This document shows positions 11,542 through 22,240 of a DNA stretch of 34,459 nt, in pieces. The DNA is from Neoechinorhynchus agilis (taxonomy: Eukaryota; Animalia; Acanthocephala). How positions within the stretch are numbered: the stretch's first letter is position 1; every line of letters starts with the position of its first letter. Position numbers and translations under genes: made by a program. The notes under the pieces are model-generated. The model searched no databases and was not told the DNA's origin. It was given only the letters and a program-made list of their open reading frames with translations. Location of the stretch: assembly GCA_051530055.1 (NCBI GenBank), contig JBMGUZ010000026.1, positions 1 to 34,459 of the forward strand. Direction: 5' to 3'.

Positions 11542-12876
11542 CTAAGAAGCTTTCCTTTTCCTGTCGATTTCCTCGTCCACAGGAGCTGATCGTTTCCGCG
11601 GTTCCGTCCGCGAGTTACAACTCGCAGCGGCCATCATCGCTACGGAATTCCGCCCACGCATCGGAAATGCAGCCCTCATTTTAATTGTAATTTTATCGAT
11701 TCGGTTACTATGGCGTCCGTTATTAATGTTGAATTTAACATCGTGAAGAAGTTTTCCAAGCTGATTATCCCGGATATCATCTTGCGTGATGTTTTTCTGG
11801 GCCATGGCTTTAAATATTCGTATTGCCAGCGCTTGGTTCTTTACCGTCGAATCTTCCTCGAGGTTTCTCCGCAGCACGGCGCAGAGTTGCTCCAAGCTCA
11901 TTTCTGCATTCACTTCAATCTTTTCTCTAGATTTCTTAGTTCTTTTGTTCGAAGAACTTTTATCATTTGTTGACCGCGGCTTCTTTTCTGAATGTACTTT
12001 TGCTTCTCGGACAATGAAATCATCTGGATGAATTAATTTCCGCTTTCGAGATTTGGTCGCATCTTTAGTAAAATCGCATTCCTTTTTCTTTTCTGCTTTT
12101 CGACATAATTGCTTTAGTTTTATCAGGACTTCTTTAATAATTTTACTTGTGGCTTCATCACTTTCATTTTTGGCCATTTTTTCTATAACTTCTACAATCC
12201 CAGATTCTTCAATTTCAGCTTTAGTTGTGTTTCTTAAGATAATCTTCGCAAGGATTTGACGGACCCACGCAGTGTTGGTCACGGCAAACTGTTCGTTCAA
12301 TCCGCAATGCAGTCTTTTACGCAGGGACTTTAGTGAACCTGAAACAGCCGTAGAGTATCGTTCAATCCAACGTCCTTCGCCGATATAAACGGCAGTTTTG
12401 CCGGATTCGGTTGGTGCTTTTTGTTCAACTTCACCGTTGATTTGCGAAGAGGCATCCACTTCACTTTCGGAAGCTTCATCCGTTTTAGGGAGATTGGAAG
12501 GCATCGTCGGCTTAAAAATTATTTTAGGCAATCTTTTTAACAGCTTTGCTTTTTTTGCCTCGTACTCTTGGGACTCGTCGTTCGCTCGTTTCTCATTTTC
12601 TAATTTTATCTTTTCCGCTTCGATTTGAGGGTCAACTTTTGAAGTCTTACCATCACGTTTTAGAATTACCTGCAATCTGTACTTGATTTTTTCAAGGGAC
12701 AGAATAATCTCCTCGTTGCCTTTTTCATTCATCATTTCATCAATTATTTCTAAAATACGCGATTCACGAATTTCATTGGCTGTTATTGGCCGCCTCATAA
12801 ACTCTCCGATATTAGCTCGCGCGTACATCCAATTGACGTCCTTTGAATGAATCGAGTCGATGAGTAGGTGGATCAT
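11542..12876 (-). CDS. Intronless 444-aa protein with three putative TFIIS-N-terminal (TND / LEDGF IBD-like) helical domains and basic linkers
   Basis: Long open frame; three ~75-aa segments share the pattern (I/T)T..(E/D)I.(E/D)..(I/L), e.g. ALAIRIFKAMAQKNITQDDIRDNQLGKLLHDVK; NLS-like KRK motifs. Confidence 0.65.
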   Translation of the reverse strand: MIHLLIDSIHSKDVNWMYARANIGEFMRRPITANEIRESRILEIIDEMMNEKGNEEIILSLEKIKYRLQVILKRDGKTSKVDPQIEAEKIKLENEKRANDESQEYEAKKAKLLKRLPKIIFKPTMPSNLPKTDEASESEVDASSQINGEVEQKAPTESGKTAVYIGEGRWIERYSTAVSGSLKSLRKRLHCGLNEQFAVTNTAWVRQILAKIILRNTTKAEIEESGIVEVIEKMAKNESDEATSKIIKEVLIKLKQLCRKAEKKKECDFTKDATKSRKRKLIHPDDFIVREAKVHSEKKPRSTNDKSSSNKRTKKSREKIEVNAEMSLEQLCAVLRRNLEEDSTVKNQALAIRIFKAMAQKNITQDDIRDNQLGKLLHDVKFNINNGRHSNRIDKITIKMRAAFPMRGRNSVAMMAAASCNSRTEPRKRSAPVDEEIDRKRKAS

Positions 12877-13351
12877 TTAAAGGAAAAAAAGATCTCCCAA
12901 AGTTAATTAGAAGATTCGTTAGTGCGAATTTAAGGACAATATTGATTATTGCCATCTGCGGACGGAGTGCAACAGATTTTCCGATCATGTTTCTTATCAA
13001 TGTAATGTCCTGCTCCATATCGATTTCATTGGTTTTCTTAAATATAACCAGGTACTTTTCAGAGACGAGTATTGAACACTCATCCCTGCCTGTGGCGAAA
13101 TCGCTTAGTGAGTAAACCACACGACCACCGTTGTATACAGTTCGGTACTTGAATTCTTTTTCAAGAGCATTTGCCATTTTCAATATCGCTTTTTTAATTA
13201 TAATTCGCTGTTTTAATGAAGATAAGACGTTTTCTCCGTTTGGGTTAGTGACACCCAAACCTCTATCTTTATCTTCAATCTTCACATCGTACTGCTTTAC
13301 TCTGAAAGGAGTTGAGTTGGTCAGTGGAAAATAATTGATCATCATTTTCAT
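12812..13351 (-). pseudogene. Argonaute N-domain fragment, truncated before PAZ
   Basis: INYFPL, QYDVKI, YNGGRVVYS and INIVLK..L..FGRSFFP follow the Argonaute N / linker-1 motif order; no PAZ, MID or PIWI; a Q/G-rich stop-broken stretch lies upstream (~13500-13670). Confidence 0.75.
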
Positions 13352-13904
13352 CGACTTATTTAATTTAATTTTTGTACAGTAAACATTTTTGGACGTGTTC
13401 CAACGCTGCGTTCTTGTCGCAGGGTATCTATTTCTAAACCCTAAAAATCATTAGGCTTAAAAATATGGTTCGACATTATGGGATTCATCTATCGACATAT
13501 TAATTATTTTGCTTTCTTCATTATATTGTTTTTGTGGTTCTGCATCGTTCCCCCTTTGACCTTGATTTCTCTGGTACTGTCCATGATTTTGGCATCTCCC
13601 GCCTCGATCTAACTTTATGTTTATTTATCCTCCAATTTTCTCTCTATATCGTCATGAGTGCTAACCGCTAACTGAATCAATGGATTTTCTCTAATTATTT
13701 AATCATCAACAACATAATAATCGAAATTATAGCAGCGATTTTGTATTTATGAGGCGCTAAAACGAAATAAAAACATGTAATTAAAGCCAGAACTCGAAAA
13801 TCCAACTTTAATGTAAGACTTTAAACTGTGCAATAATTTTATTTACAGAAAACACAGAAACTCTTGCAGCGTTTTAGGCTGCAGTAAAACTCGAACGAAC
13901 TCGC

Positions 13905-15077
13905 CTAGTTGTTCAGTTGCGAGTCGTCCATTGTATTGGCATGTTCGCTATTTTGTCCATTCGTTGTATCCTCTGATTGTCCGTTTGATTTATCAAATAC
14001 CAACAAATGCGATAAAGATTTTTCCAATGGTTTCAATCCATACGACTTTTTAATCGATAGCTTCACCACAAATGATTGTCGCGAAACGTCGTAGCCAATA
14101 ATCTTTGCGATTAGTCGTTCCTTTTGTGCGAATCGAGTGTCCATTTGCCGAAACCGATACTCTAACGGTCCTTGAGCCATTTCTTTAGTTGAACATCCAT
14201 CCAAATGACACTTAAAAATCGTCTTTCGAATAGCGAGTATCGATGGGGAAGCAACGTAGCACATTAATTTAGAAACAAACCGTATCTTTCCGGAATCTAC
14301 TTCTTCGACAAGAAATCTATGACCCTGGTCCTCCAGGATCTTTACTCTTTTGAATGATTTATCGGAATCTTTGACGAGACAATAATGGCCAGGATAAAGT
14401 TCTCTCGATACCTCCTCAGCGTGACGTCCATTTAAATTAATTAATTCTCGATTCAGATAAGTTCGCCATTCCTGGACAAATTGGGTTATAAAAATATTTT
14501 CAATGTTGCAGAAGTGCACTAGCTTATAAATAATTTTGATATTAATCAAATACTTGCCGTCCTCGTCCTTTCTTATAAAATCACAAAAGACATTCCCTTC
14601 AAACGCTGCCTCGGGAACTTGTGAGTGGTTTTGATTTGCAAGTACGAAATTGCCATCTTGGTTTTCCAATTTCAATTTACATGGAAGGGCCAGCCTTGGA
14701 ATGGAGTTGAAGATTCTTTTAACCGGTCGTAGATTTACCAATGGAAGCCACTCTTGGTGACCGTAATCAATGTAAAAGACTTTGAATGAAGATGTCAGAA
14801 TATTCACTTCTGTAATTTGACCCCGGTACCACTTTCCGTCCACAAGGGACTTGCCAATACATTTGGAATTAAGACCATACACAAGAAATTGATTGAAACG
14901 AAGAGATTCATAAACATTTCGTAGACCGATCTCAAGATCCAATCGATTTTTGAAGATTAAATTTGGTAGAAGGTAAATATTTTGAGGATTATCCATGTAA
15001 CTGACTTGACAATAGACTGAATCTTGTACAGAAACTATAAACTGCGGGTAATCGGCTGGAGGTACAAAAGTGCTCAT
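13905..15077 (-). CDS. Tandem extended-Tudor domain protein (390 aa, intronless CDS)
   Basis: DGKWYRGQI...FKVFYIDYGHQE followed by IPRLALPCKL is a canonical extended Tudor; a second degenerate copy reads DKSFKRVKI..FLVEEVDSG..IRKTIFKCHL; a possible 43-nt 5' UTR intron lies just upstream. Confidence 0.85.
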   Translation of the reverse strand: MSTFVPPADYPQFIVSVQDSVYCQVSYMDNPQNIYLLPNLIFKNRLDLEIGLRNVYESLRFNQFLVYGLNSKCIGKSLVDGKWYRGQITEVNILTSSFKVFYIDYGHQEWLPLVNLRPVKRIFNSIPRLALPCKLKLENQDGNFVLANQNHSQVPEAAFEGNVFCDFIRKDEDGKYLINIKIIYKLVHFCNIENIFITQFVQEWRTYLNRELINLNGRHAEEVSRELYPGHYCLVKDSDKSFKRVKILEDQGHRFLVEEVDSGKIRFVSKLMCYVASPSILAIRKTIFKCHLDGCSTKEMAQGPLEYRFRQMDTRFAQKERLIAKIIGYDVSRQSFVVKLSIKKSYGLKPLEKSLSHLLVFDKSNGQSEDTTNGQNSEHANTMDDSQLNN

Positions 15078-15204
15078 TATTGATGATTTTCTGTAAGAAT
15101 AATTTTAGTCAAGAAGCCGATCTAACTGTATACTTTCAAAGATAGAAGCAATATAAAGCTTGTGAGTGAAAAGAATAAAGGGGATACTTTATCTTGCTAA
15201 GCGT

Positions 15205-15630
15205 TATAAAATTTCAGCCAATCAGCGTGTGCATAACAGCGGGGCACCGGTATAAAATAGGAAATAAACCCTAAAAATAATTAATCATCACGTGCCGCTT
15301 TTGTTTTTACCCGTGTAATGGACGCTTTATCTTTGAATTTAATTATATATTTTGTTTGAATTATTAATTTGTTTTACACCCTTTGGATTTTTATATCATC
15401 ACCAGGTTGTTATTTTATGCAATTTCTAAAGTAGTTATTTAAGTTATCATTCTATTTAATTATTTGCTCAAATGGTGCGTATAAATTGCTTTCTCTATTT
15501 TTAAGGTTCAAGATCAATTTCAATTCCTAGAATAAATGGCATGAGACTTGTCTTAAATGTGTGATTTTGTTTCTCATTCTTAAAACGGCATCCAGCTGTG
15601 AATTGCATGCTGATTGGCTTAATTTTCTAT
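15205..15630. repeat. Imperfect ~45-bp inverted repeats about 400 bp apart (MITE-like or paired CCAAT modules)
   Basis: AGCCAATCAGC at 15216-15226 and its exact reverse complement at 15609-15619, with looser similarity on both sides. Confidence 0.45.
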
Positions 15631-16128
15631 GTGGCGTGCAATAATCCTCAAAAAAATTAACTGGACGAAACATGCATTTGTAACGAACAAGTTTAAAAGA
15701 AGCATTGCGATAGCTTTAATCGGTGTCGCCGAAACGTGATTTCTGTCTGGTGTTCTGAATGTTAAAGTGAAGAAACTCATTGAAACGTTAGGAAACGATG
15801 CTGCTCCGAGACTTAGACTTTCAAGGAAGATAAAAGAAGTCTCGCTAAATTACGACAGTTCAAACTCACGAAAAAATAAAGAAACTCAACGTCGCAATGT
15901 GCGGAATAAAGAGAAGACTTTATATAAATGATTATTACGTTTGATGAAGTTCAAATCAAAGAGATTTTGGAAACTTTTTAACGCTGAAAAACTTTGTGAG
16001 TGAATTTCGATGCTTTCGCCGCAATAAAACAGAAAAAGTGACTAACAGCTTTAAGCCGAAGACAGCGATTAAGTTCGTTACAAATCGCGCAGGTTGATGG
16101 CCATAACATTCAATAAACACTGTGACCT

Positions 16129-16505
16129 TTAGTATTTATTTCGCAAAACCGCCGGAACAGTGAGTTGTTCGCCCGCTAACAAATCTCGAACGGTGAAAAG
16201 AGCCATTGCTTGTCTGTCTGTTCCATTAGATTTAAAGTGAACCTTCTGAATGAGCAAATTGGCATTGCTCTGAGAGCGATGAAAAAGATGAGACACGTTG
16301 GTGATCGACGCTACGTTTCCATTTCTCTCCGTATCGCTGTCCTGTTGACAAACAAGATAACCCTTTGGAAGATCGTGGTTCACACGGACACCCAATCTTT
16401 TAGTTCTATGAACAAATACCTCCAAATAAGCTCGAATTTCTTGACTGACCAATGTGTTTGGACAGTGCCCTGGACATTTACACGCATCGCCACATTTTTT
16501 GAACT
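16129..16505 (-). pseudogene. Pre-SET/SET histone methyltransferase fragment (SUV39/G9a/SETDB1/SETMAR family), degenerate
   Basis: KKCGDACKCPGHCPNTLVSQEIRAYLEVF...LGVR...DLPKGYLVC, GNVA, NLLIQKV and ALFTVRDLLAGEQLT; SET-I deleted, NHSC motif and post-SET lost. Confidence 0.75.
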
Positions 16506-16509
16506 CTCA

Positions 16510-18096
16510 ATTGTCGCCCGAATGCTTGCAGTGTTGCCTCTCAATACGGCGATGCTGATATTTTGAACCAGGTATTGACCTTGCATCACCGGTTGTAACA
16601 TGAAGGCGTCGCTTCAGATCCTTCAGAAGTTGAAGAGCCTCGCTACCAAGAGAACCGTAGGTCTCAACCCCAAAAGGCACAAACAAGTGGGCCCAGGACA
16701 AATCGAGGTATTTCGTCGTTTTCCGTCTTTCGGCAGCGCTCAACCACCGAGAACTTGAGATTGCTGGCCGCGAGTGTATCGACACAGTGGCGTCCCAGAG
16801 GAGGCATTTACCTTCCCGCCACGGAAATGCGGTCACCCAGTCAGGTCTAAGCCCGTCGTCCTTACAGAGGTTAACAGGTTCCAAAATATTGGGGGTATTT
16901 ACCGCATAACAAGTGCCCGGCTCAGCACAATGTTAATTTCGGAATGTCTTGCTAATCTGCCGGCTGATTTTCAACAGATGAGACCGTGACGTCCCGACGA
17001 ATCCACATTTGCACCGCAGCTGCAACGGTGGGGTCGACACATCGGTAGTCCTAATCTCATTGAAACTCCGAGCAGTACTGCCTCGTCGAAGGGGAAAATA
17101 CCAACAGATGCAAACGGGACTGCATTCAACCAAGCACCTGATTCTCTAGTGGAGACTGCCAACAACCTGGCACGGACAACGTCGTCGCTGTACTTGATCG
17201 GAATTGGTCAGTGTACACCACTCACTGATTCCCTCTTCAAAATGCCTATCAAGACGATAAGTAGATTTCAAAATGCGCTGAACTGCGCTTCCCTCACAGG
17301 AGCCTAGAAATTTGGGCAGGGATATGTCTGCTGTTTTCCGGATGCCCAACCCTCCAGAAGATACAGGCAAGGATGCTCGTCGCCATGCCTCTTCTGGCAG
17401 CTGGACATTTAAAACTTGCTCGAGATAGTCCTTCAATCCGTCATCTCGCTTGCCACGCTGAACCTTGTGATTGAAAAACGGCGCAGTGCGTAGAGCGTAA
17501 AGGAACTTGGGGATGAAGAGGGTATTCTTTATCAAGAACAGAACCTCGTGTGATCCAAGCTCACAGACCCTATCGCAAAGCATCGATAATTTCGCTAGAA
17601 GGCAGTTAATTTCGTTTTTTACATTCCCATCAAAGACCCAACTGCCGAAAAGCTTAAGCCGGTCTAAGTCGATCATTTCTATCCTGGGGGGAACATTTTC
17701 AAAGTCGCGATTTTTTACGTCTTTTGCAGGGCTCGTCTCTATTTTAAGGAATAGAATTTCGAACTTTTCTGTGCTCAATTCAATGCCCAGCTTGCTTCCC
17801 CCATCTTGATTTTCTCCAGGTCACGGCCTCCCTGCGTAGCATCGTCCAGGTACCAAGCATTGAATTCGGCATCAGGAGAATGCGCTAATTCGTTTATTGT
17901 GAGCGCGAAACCAATGGGACCTAACGAGTCTCCCTGCTGAACGCCTCGTTCGGAAGGAATGATGTGATCGTGTCGCAGCTCAGAGCCTTTAATAGCGAGT
18001 TACGATTAACGGAATTGAAGGCGTTCCGGAAATCTAATTTCAGGATCACACACGGTTTATCGTTCTCAATAACAAATGTGCGGAGTGCGCTGTAGA
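16510..18096 (-). mobile_element. CRE-clade non-LTR retrotransposon, copy 2 (RT + zinc knuckle + RLE), frameshifted
   Basis: LDFRNAFNSV, GVQQGDSLGP, WYLDD, CSCGANVDSSGRHGLIC, RPDWVTAFPWREGKCLLWDAT, FVPFGVETYG and ISIAVLRGNTASI. Confidence 0.9.
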
Positions 18097-18363
18097 TCTA
18101 TCAAATATTCAATTAATCAAATGCCTTCCGAACCGCTAATCGACAACGACAATGGAAAAAATCGATAATGCATAGCACATCCCAACATTTGATATGGCAA
18201 AGGTATGAAGAATCTCCAGAATTTAATTTGAATTTCAATCTCTTCAAAAATCCACAAAACAAACAAAGTTACCTTCTTCAACTTCACTGTCTAATTATGT
18301 GCGCCTCCTTTAAATGTCTTATAATGCCATGGATGAAGATTTCTCCGTTCGACAACTTTAACC

Positions 18364-20237
18364 ATCTTAGATTAATCTATTTAACACCAATAAAAGTAGC
18401 CCTTTAATATCAGTACTTGATGTTGCTTTTCTTGTATACTGTTCAAGAGCTTCGCTTTAGAATTTTTCTTAACCTATTTGAGTTAAGGTCATCTTCTTGG
18501 TTAAATTTTAGCGCTCCAAATTCATCGATTGATCTTCCACAATCGTCTTCATCGATAGTTTCAGCGCATCGTTTCCGCGTGTTCTTGGATGCCTGTGATT
18601 TATTGCGGTCTTTTTCGACATCCATCAGGTTTCCCAAATGATCGATTGAACGGCCCCACCCATCGTTATCATCTTCAATGGCAGTTGAAGCGCTTTGCTG
18701 CCGACCGTCCATCGATCCATGTGATTGTTCGCCGTCTTTCTCGGTATAAATCAGCTCTCCAAACTGATCGATTGGACGGCCCCACCCATCTCTATCGTCT
18801 TCATTGGCAGTTGAAGCGCTTTGCTGCCGACCGTCCATCGATCCCTGTGATTGTTCGCCGTCTTTCTCGGTATAAATCAGCTCTCCAAACTGATCGATTG
18901 AACGGCCCCACCCATCGTTATCATCGTCATTGGCAGTTGAAGCGCTTTGCTGCCGACCGTCCATCGATCCCTGTGATTGTTCGCCGTCTTTCTCGGTATC
19001 AATCAGCTCTCAAAACTGATCGATTGAACGGCCCCACCCATCGTTATCATCGTCATTGGCAGTTGAAGCGCTATGCTGCCGACCGTCCATCGATCCTTGT
19101 GATTGTTCGCTGTCTTCCTCGAGATCCCTCAGCTTTCTAATTTCATCGATTGAATTTCCACAATCATCTTTATCATCTTCATCATCCGTTGGCGAACTTC
19201 GTTTTCTAATTTTCCTTAGGTTATGGTCGTCTTCTTGATCAAATTTTAGCGCTCCAAGTTCTTCGAGTGAACTTAACCAATCCCCTTCACCCTCTTCATT
19301 AATATTTCCTGCCGTTCGTTTACGGAATTCCTTTACTCTCAGCGAGTTATGTTCTTCAACTGTTGCTGTGTTTTGTTTTGTGATTCCTTTTATCCTCTGG
19401 GGTTCATATTTCTCTTCGACAATATTAACATCTTTTTGGATGTTTCCGTTTTGCCATTCGTTTTTGTTTCTAAATTCAATTATTTTCTGCGCATTATTTA
19501 AGATTTGGTCTTCGTTTGTAACAATTAATTGTTTCATTTCATTTGCGAATTCTTTGGCTTCAACCTTTCTCTCATTCCAAAGCATTTCGGAATCTTGATT
19601 TTGTACGACAGCTTCCATTTTTTATCGCTTTGACAGCGAAGCTCGGCTACGAATATTGACCATTCGCATTGATCGCTTTTAAAACACCTTTTGCGTTTTT
19701 TCTCCGAATCGATTTCAGTTTCATTATCTGACTTCCTTTTTCTTGATTCTCTGGCCACGTCTCTTGGTTCTTCAAATTCCTCGTCGATTTCCATTTCTTC
19801 ATTCACTGATTCTCCATTATCCTTGTCATTTTCATAAACTTCGAAACTCATCACTGATTGTATCGCCGGGAGCCGTTCTACAAATTTTATCATTTCATTT
19901 GAATGTTCCTCTTTCACCTTTCGCTTCATTCCATATCGTTCAATTCCATTTTCCATCGTCTTTTTTTAAATCTACTTTTTCATAATTCTTCATGTAGCTG
20001 CGGAAACTTTTCGCAATTTCCTTAATAATCTCATTAAAGCCGTCCGTTCCTGCCATTTCCGTTTCCTGTTCTGCTACTTCGATCACCTCAACGAATTGTG
20101 TCTGAATCGCCTTTTCCATTGAACTTTTTGTCGGTTCCTTTGCATGCTGCAATCTTCTACTCACCGCTGAACCAATAATGAAGCCAATCGCAAGCATCAT
20201 TATTGACGCCGAAGATATTGCCATCCGATCCATAATA
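18364..20237 (-). pseudogene. Orphan multicopy gene, copy B (four 126-bp repeat units)
   Basis: ORF pieces 19940-20281, 19534-19956, 19010-19618 and 18443-18964; frameshifts at A-runs and a GGA>TGA stop at 19010-19012. Confidence 0.8.
18640..19130 (-). repeat. In-frame 126-bp (42-aa) tandem repeat, about 4 units
   Basis: Unit DDDNDGWGRSIDQFGELIYTEKDGEQSQGSMDGRQQSASTAN recurs every 126 bp (18661, 18787, 18913, 19039). Confidence 0.95.
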
Positions 20238-21239
20238 GAATTATGATTTCGTGAGCATGTCTCCTCTATTTTCATGATCATTTATCCTTCAAATAAACGC
20301 CGTTTAGCACTTACGATCTATCAGAAACATTTCAAATCACTTTGTTTGTAAGTAAGCTTCTATGACATTGCTTCGTCAGTTTCTGCCTTCCATCAGACGT
20401 TCGCGAAGAGCAGAACGTCGAAAGTTTGACTCGCTTCAGTTTGAGGTTATTAAATAAATGCCATGAGTTTCGTTTTGGAAGCGAAGATTCCAAAGGATGA
20501 AGACCATATAAATTCAGTGACTCCGCAGAAGCAAAACAAAGCGATGGATTTGAAAGTAATAAACTTGAATCATATTAAAAAAATAAAGATTTAAATTTTT
20601 AATTCTACATTTCTGTGATAATTAGTGACACTGGAAAAAACGGTTTGCCGAAGTTTTGTGCAACGAACTAAAATGAGACCATTACAAAACAAGATCTTTA
20701 AATACTAAGACAATTCAATAGGCATCATTTTCCACCCCACGTTCAAAAAAGCGTCTGTCGCTGTAAATAGTTCGTTGATTGTGACCGCTTTGAAAGCTCC
20801 TCGATATCCGGAGCGTATTCTTTAGGTATCTTCGATGTTGTTGATTTCTACCCACCTCCGTTCAGGAAAGGAGACCTCTGAAAATCGAAGTTTCTTGTGC
20901 TGGCTATTTTGATTATTAAAACAACAAACCTGGATCTTGTGAATCGTTTAGAACTTGGCATGGGACCACACTTAGAAAACTACAACATTCAAAAGAAGCC
21001 CTAGCGCGACGGGTGGCTCTGTGTCCTTTACGAAGTCACAGAAGAGTTGCATTTCTGTTTTGGATGCGCAAAAGTTGAGAAGAGATTCCATCGAACGGCG
21101 TGCGGGAAAGATATCTTTTTGAAAACTCATCTCTCCATCATTACCAATGGTTGTGATGAATATTTCGAGGCCTCAGGTAGTATCCAGTACGGTTTGTAAG
21201 TTTTATACGATGGAGAAATGTGTGGTAGAAATTGAAGAC

Positions 21240-21730
21240 GAGGAAGAGAATGAAGGCACAGGTTTTTAAAATAGTTTAGAAGAAAAATTGCAGAACGTTG
21301 GATGTGAGCGTTGGGAGGATGGTGTTGTTATAAAAGTACTAAAGATCTTTGGATGGTAATCCAAAGAATCGGAGCCGTTTAAGAAGATAGAGCTCAATGG
21401 ACCCTTTTTGCAACTTGATTGTTGTGTGTTTGTTCTACTTTAGATTTTCTTGAAAATGAAGACCAAGGATACGAACAGAGGAGACACGATTGATAGGAAA
21501 ATTAAGAAGCGGTTGATTGGAAGAGCTATTTGAGATTGATTGGAAGATTTCCAAGCATTTGGTTAAGGGAAAGACATTTAAAGGAGCAAAAACGCTTGAA
21601 CGTAAGAAAACTCCTTTGAAGTAATTGAGAGTCGATGAATGCGCAATGAATGTAAGATCATCCGCGTAAAAAGAAGTATTTTGAATAAGAAGAGGATGGA
21701 ATGGGGGTCCGCCATACAAAGAGCATGAAA
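21240..21730 (-). mobile_element. CR1/L2-like LINE RT C-terminal remnant
   Basis: FYADDLTF, VSSVRILGLHF and LYLLKRLRFFGLP...TILPTLT motifs. Confidence 0.7.
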
Positions 21731-21811
21731 AGAGTCGAAAACTTTAAAAGGTGGATCTGCGTACTCTTAAAACCCCTAGGAAAAACCGTTTTTTCTTCCA
21801 AAAGGTTAAAT

Positions 21812-22240
21812 TTACGCGACAGATTGGGCACATGAAGCGATTTTGGGCCACAGGTCAGCGCATTCTTTAGCCACAGGTCCAGTAATGGCTGATCCTTTCA
21901 TTTCTCCTTTTTCATTGACGATAACTCCTGCATTATCTTCAAAATAAATGAAAGTTCCATCTTTTCGTCTATAAGGTTTTCGTTGACGGATAACAACGGC
22001 CAACAGCACTTTTTTCCTCAGTTCCGGTTTTCCCTTTTTCACGGTAATCATGACGAGATCTCCAACACAAGCGGCCGGTAGACGATTGAGCCTAGCGCCC
22101 CATCCTCTGACGCTAATGATGAACATATTCTTAGCTCCAGTGTTATCGGCGCAATTGATGACGGCACCACTCGGTAGACCTAGAGATATCCGATACTTTT
22201 TATCCGAGATTCCACCCTTGTGAGCACGTTTCGAAGCCAT
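21812..22240 (-). CDS. RPL23: 60S ribosomal protein L23 (uL14), intronless
   Basis: [22 protein letters not shown]...[11 protein letters not shown]...[38 protein letters not shown]; full-length 142 aa. Confidence 0.99.
   Translation of the reverse strand: MASKRAHKGGISDKKYRISLGLPSGAVINCADNTGAKNMFIISVRGWGARLNRLPAACVGDLVMITVKKGKPELRKKVLLAVVIRQRKPYRRKDGTFIYFEDNAGVIVNEKGEMKGSAITGPVAKECADLWPKIASCAQSVA

Noticed and set aside
15690-15930. Plus-strand IGVAET*F piece resembling an APE endonuclease start
   Set aside because: No further APE motifs follow; too short to call
18589-19140. Plus-strand ORFs over the 126-bp repeats (also 9108-9425 and 34000-34239 minus)
   Set aside because: Antisense shadows of the repeat-protein frame; the stop-free repeat unit explains their length
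20462-21230. Coding-like plus-strand stretch (MSFVLEAKIPKD..., FRTWHGT resembling topoisomerase IB)
   Set aside because: Multiple stops and frame changes; the motif is too short and lacks the other catalytic residues, so no family can be supported
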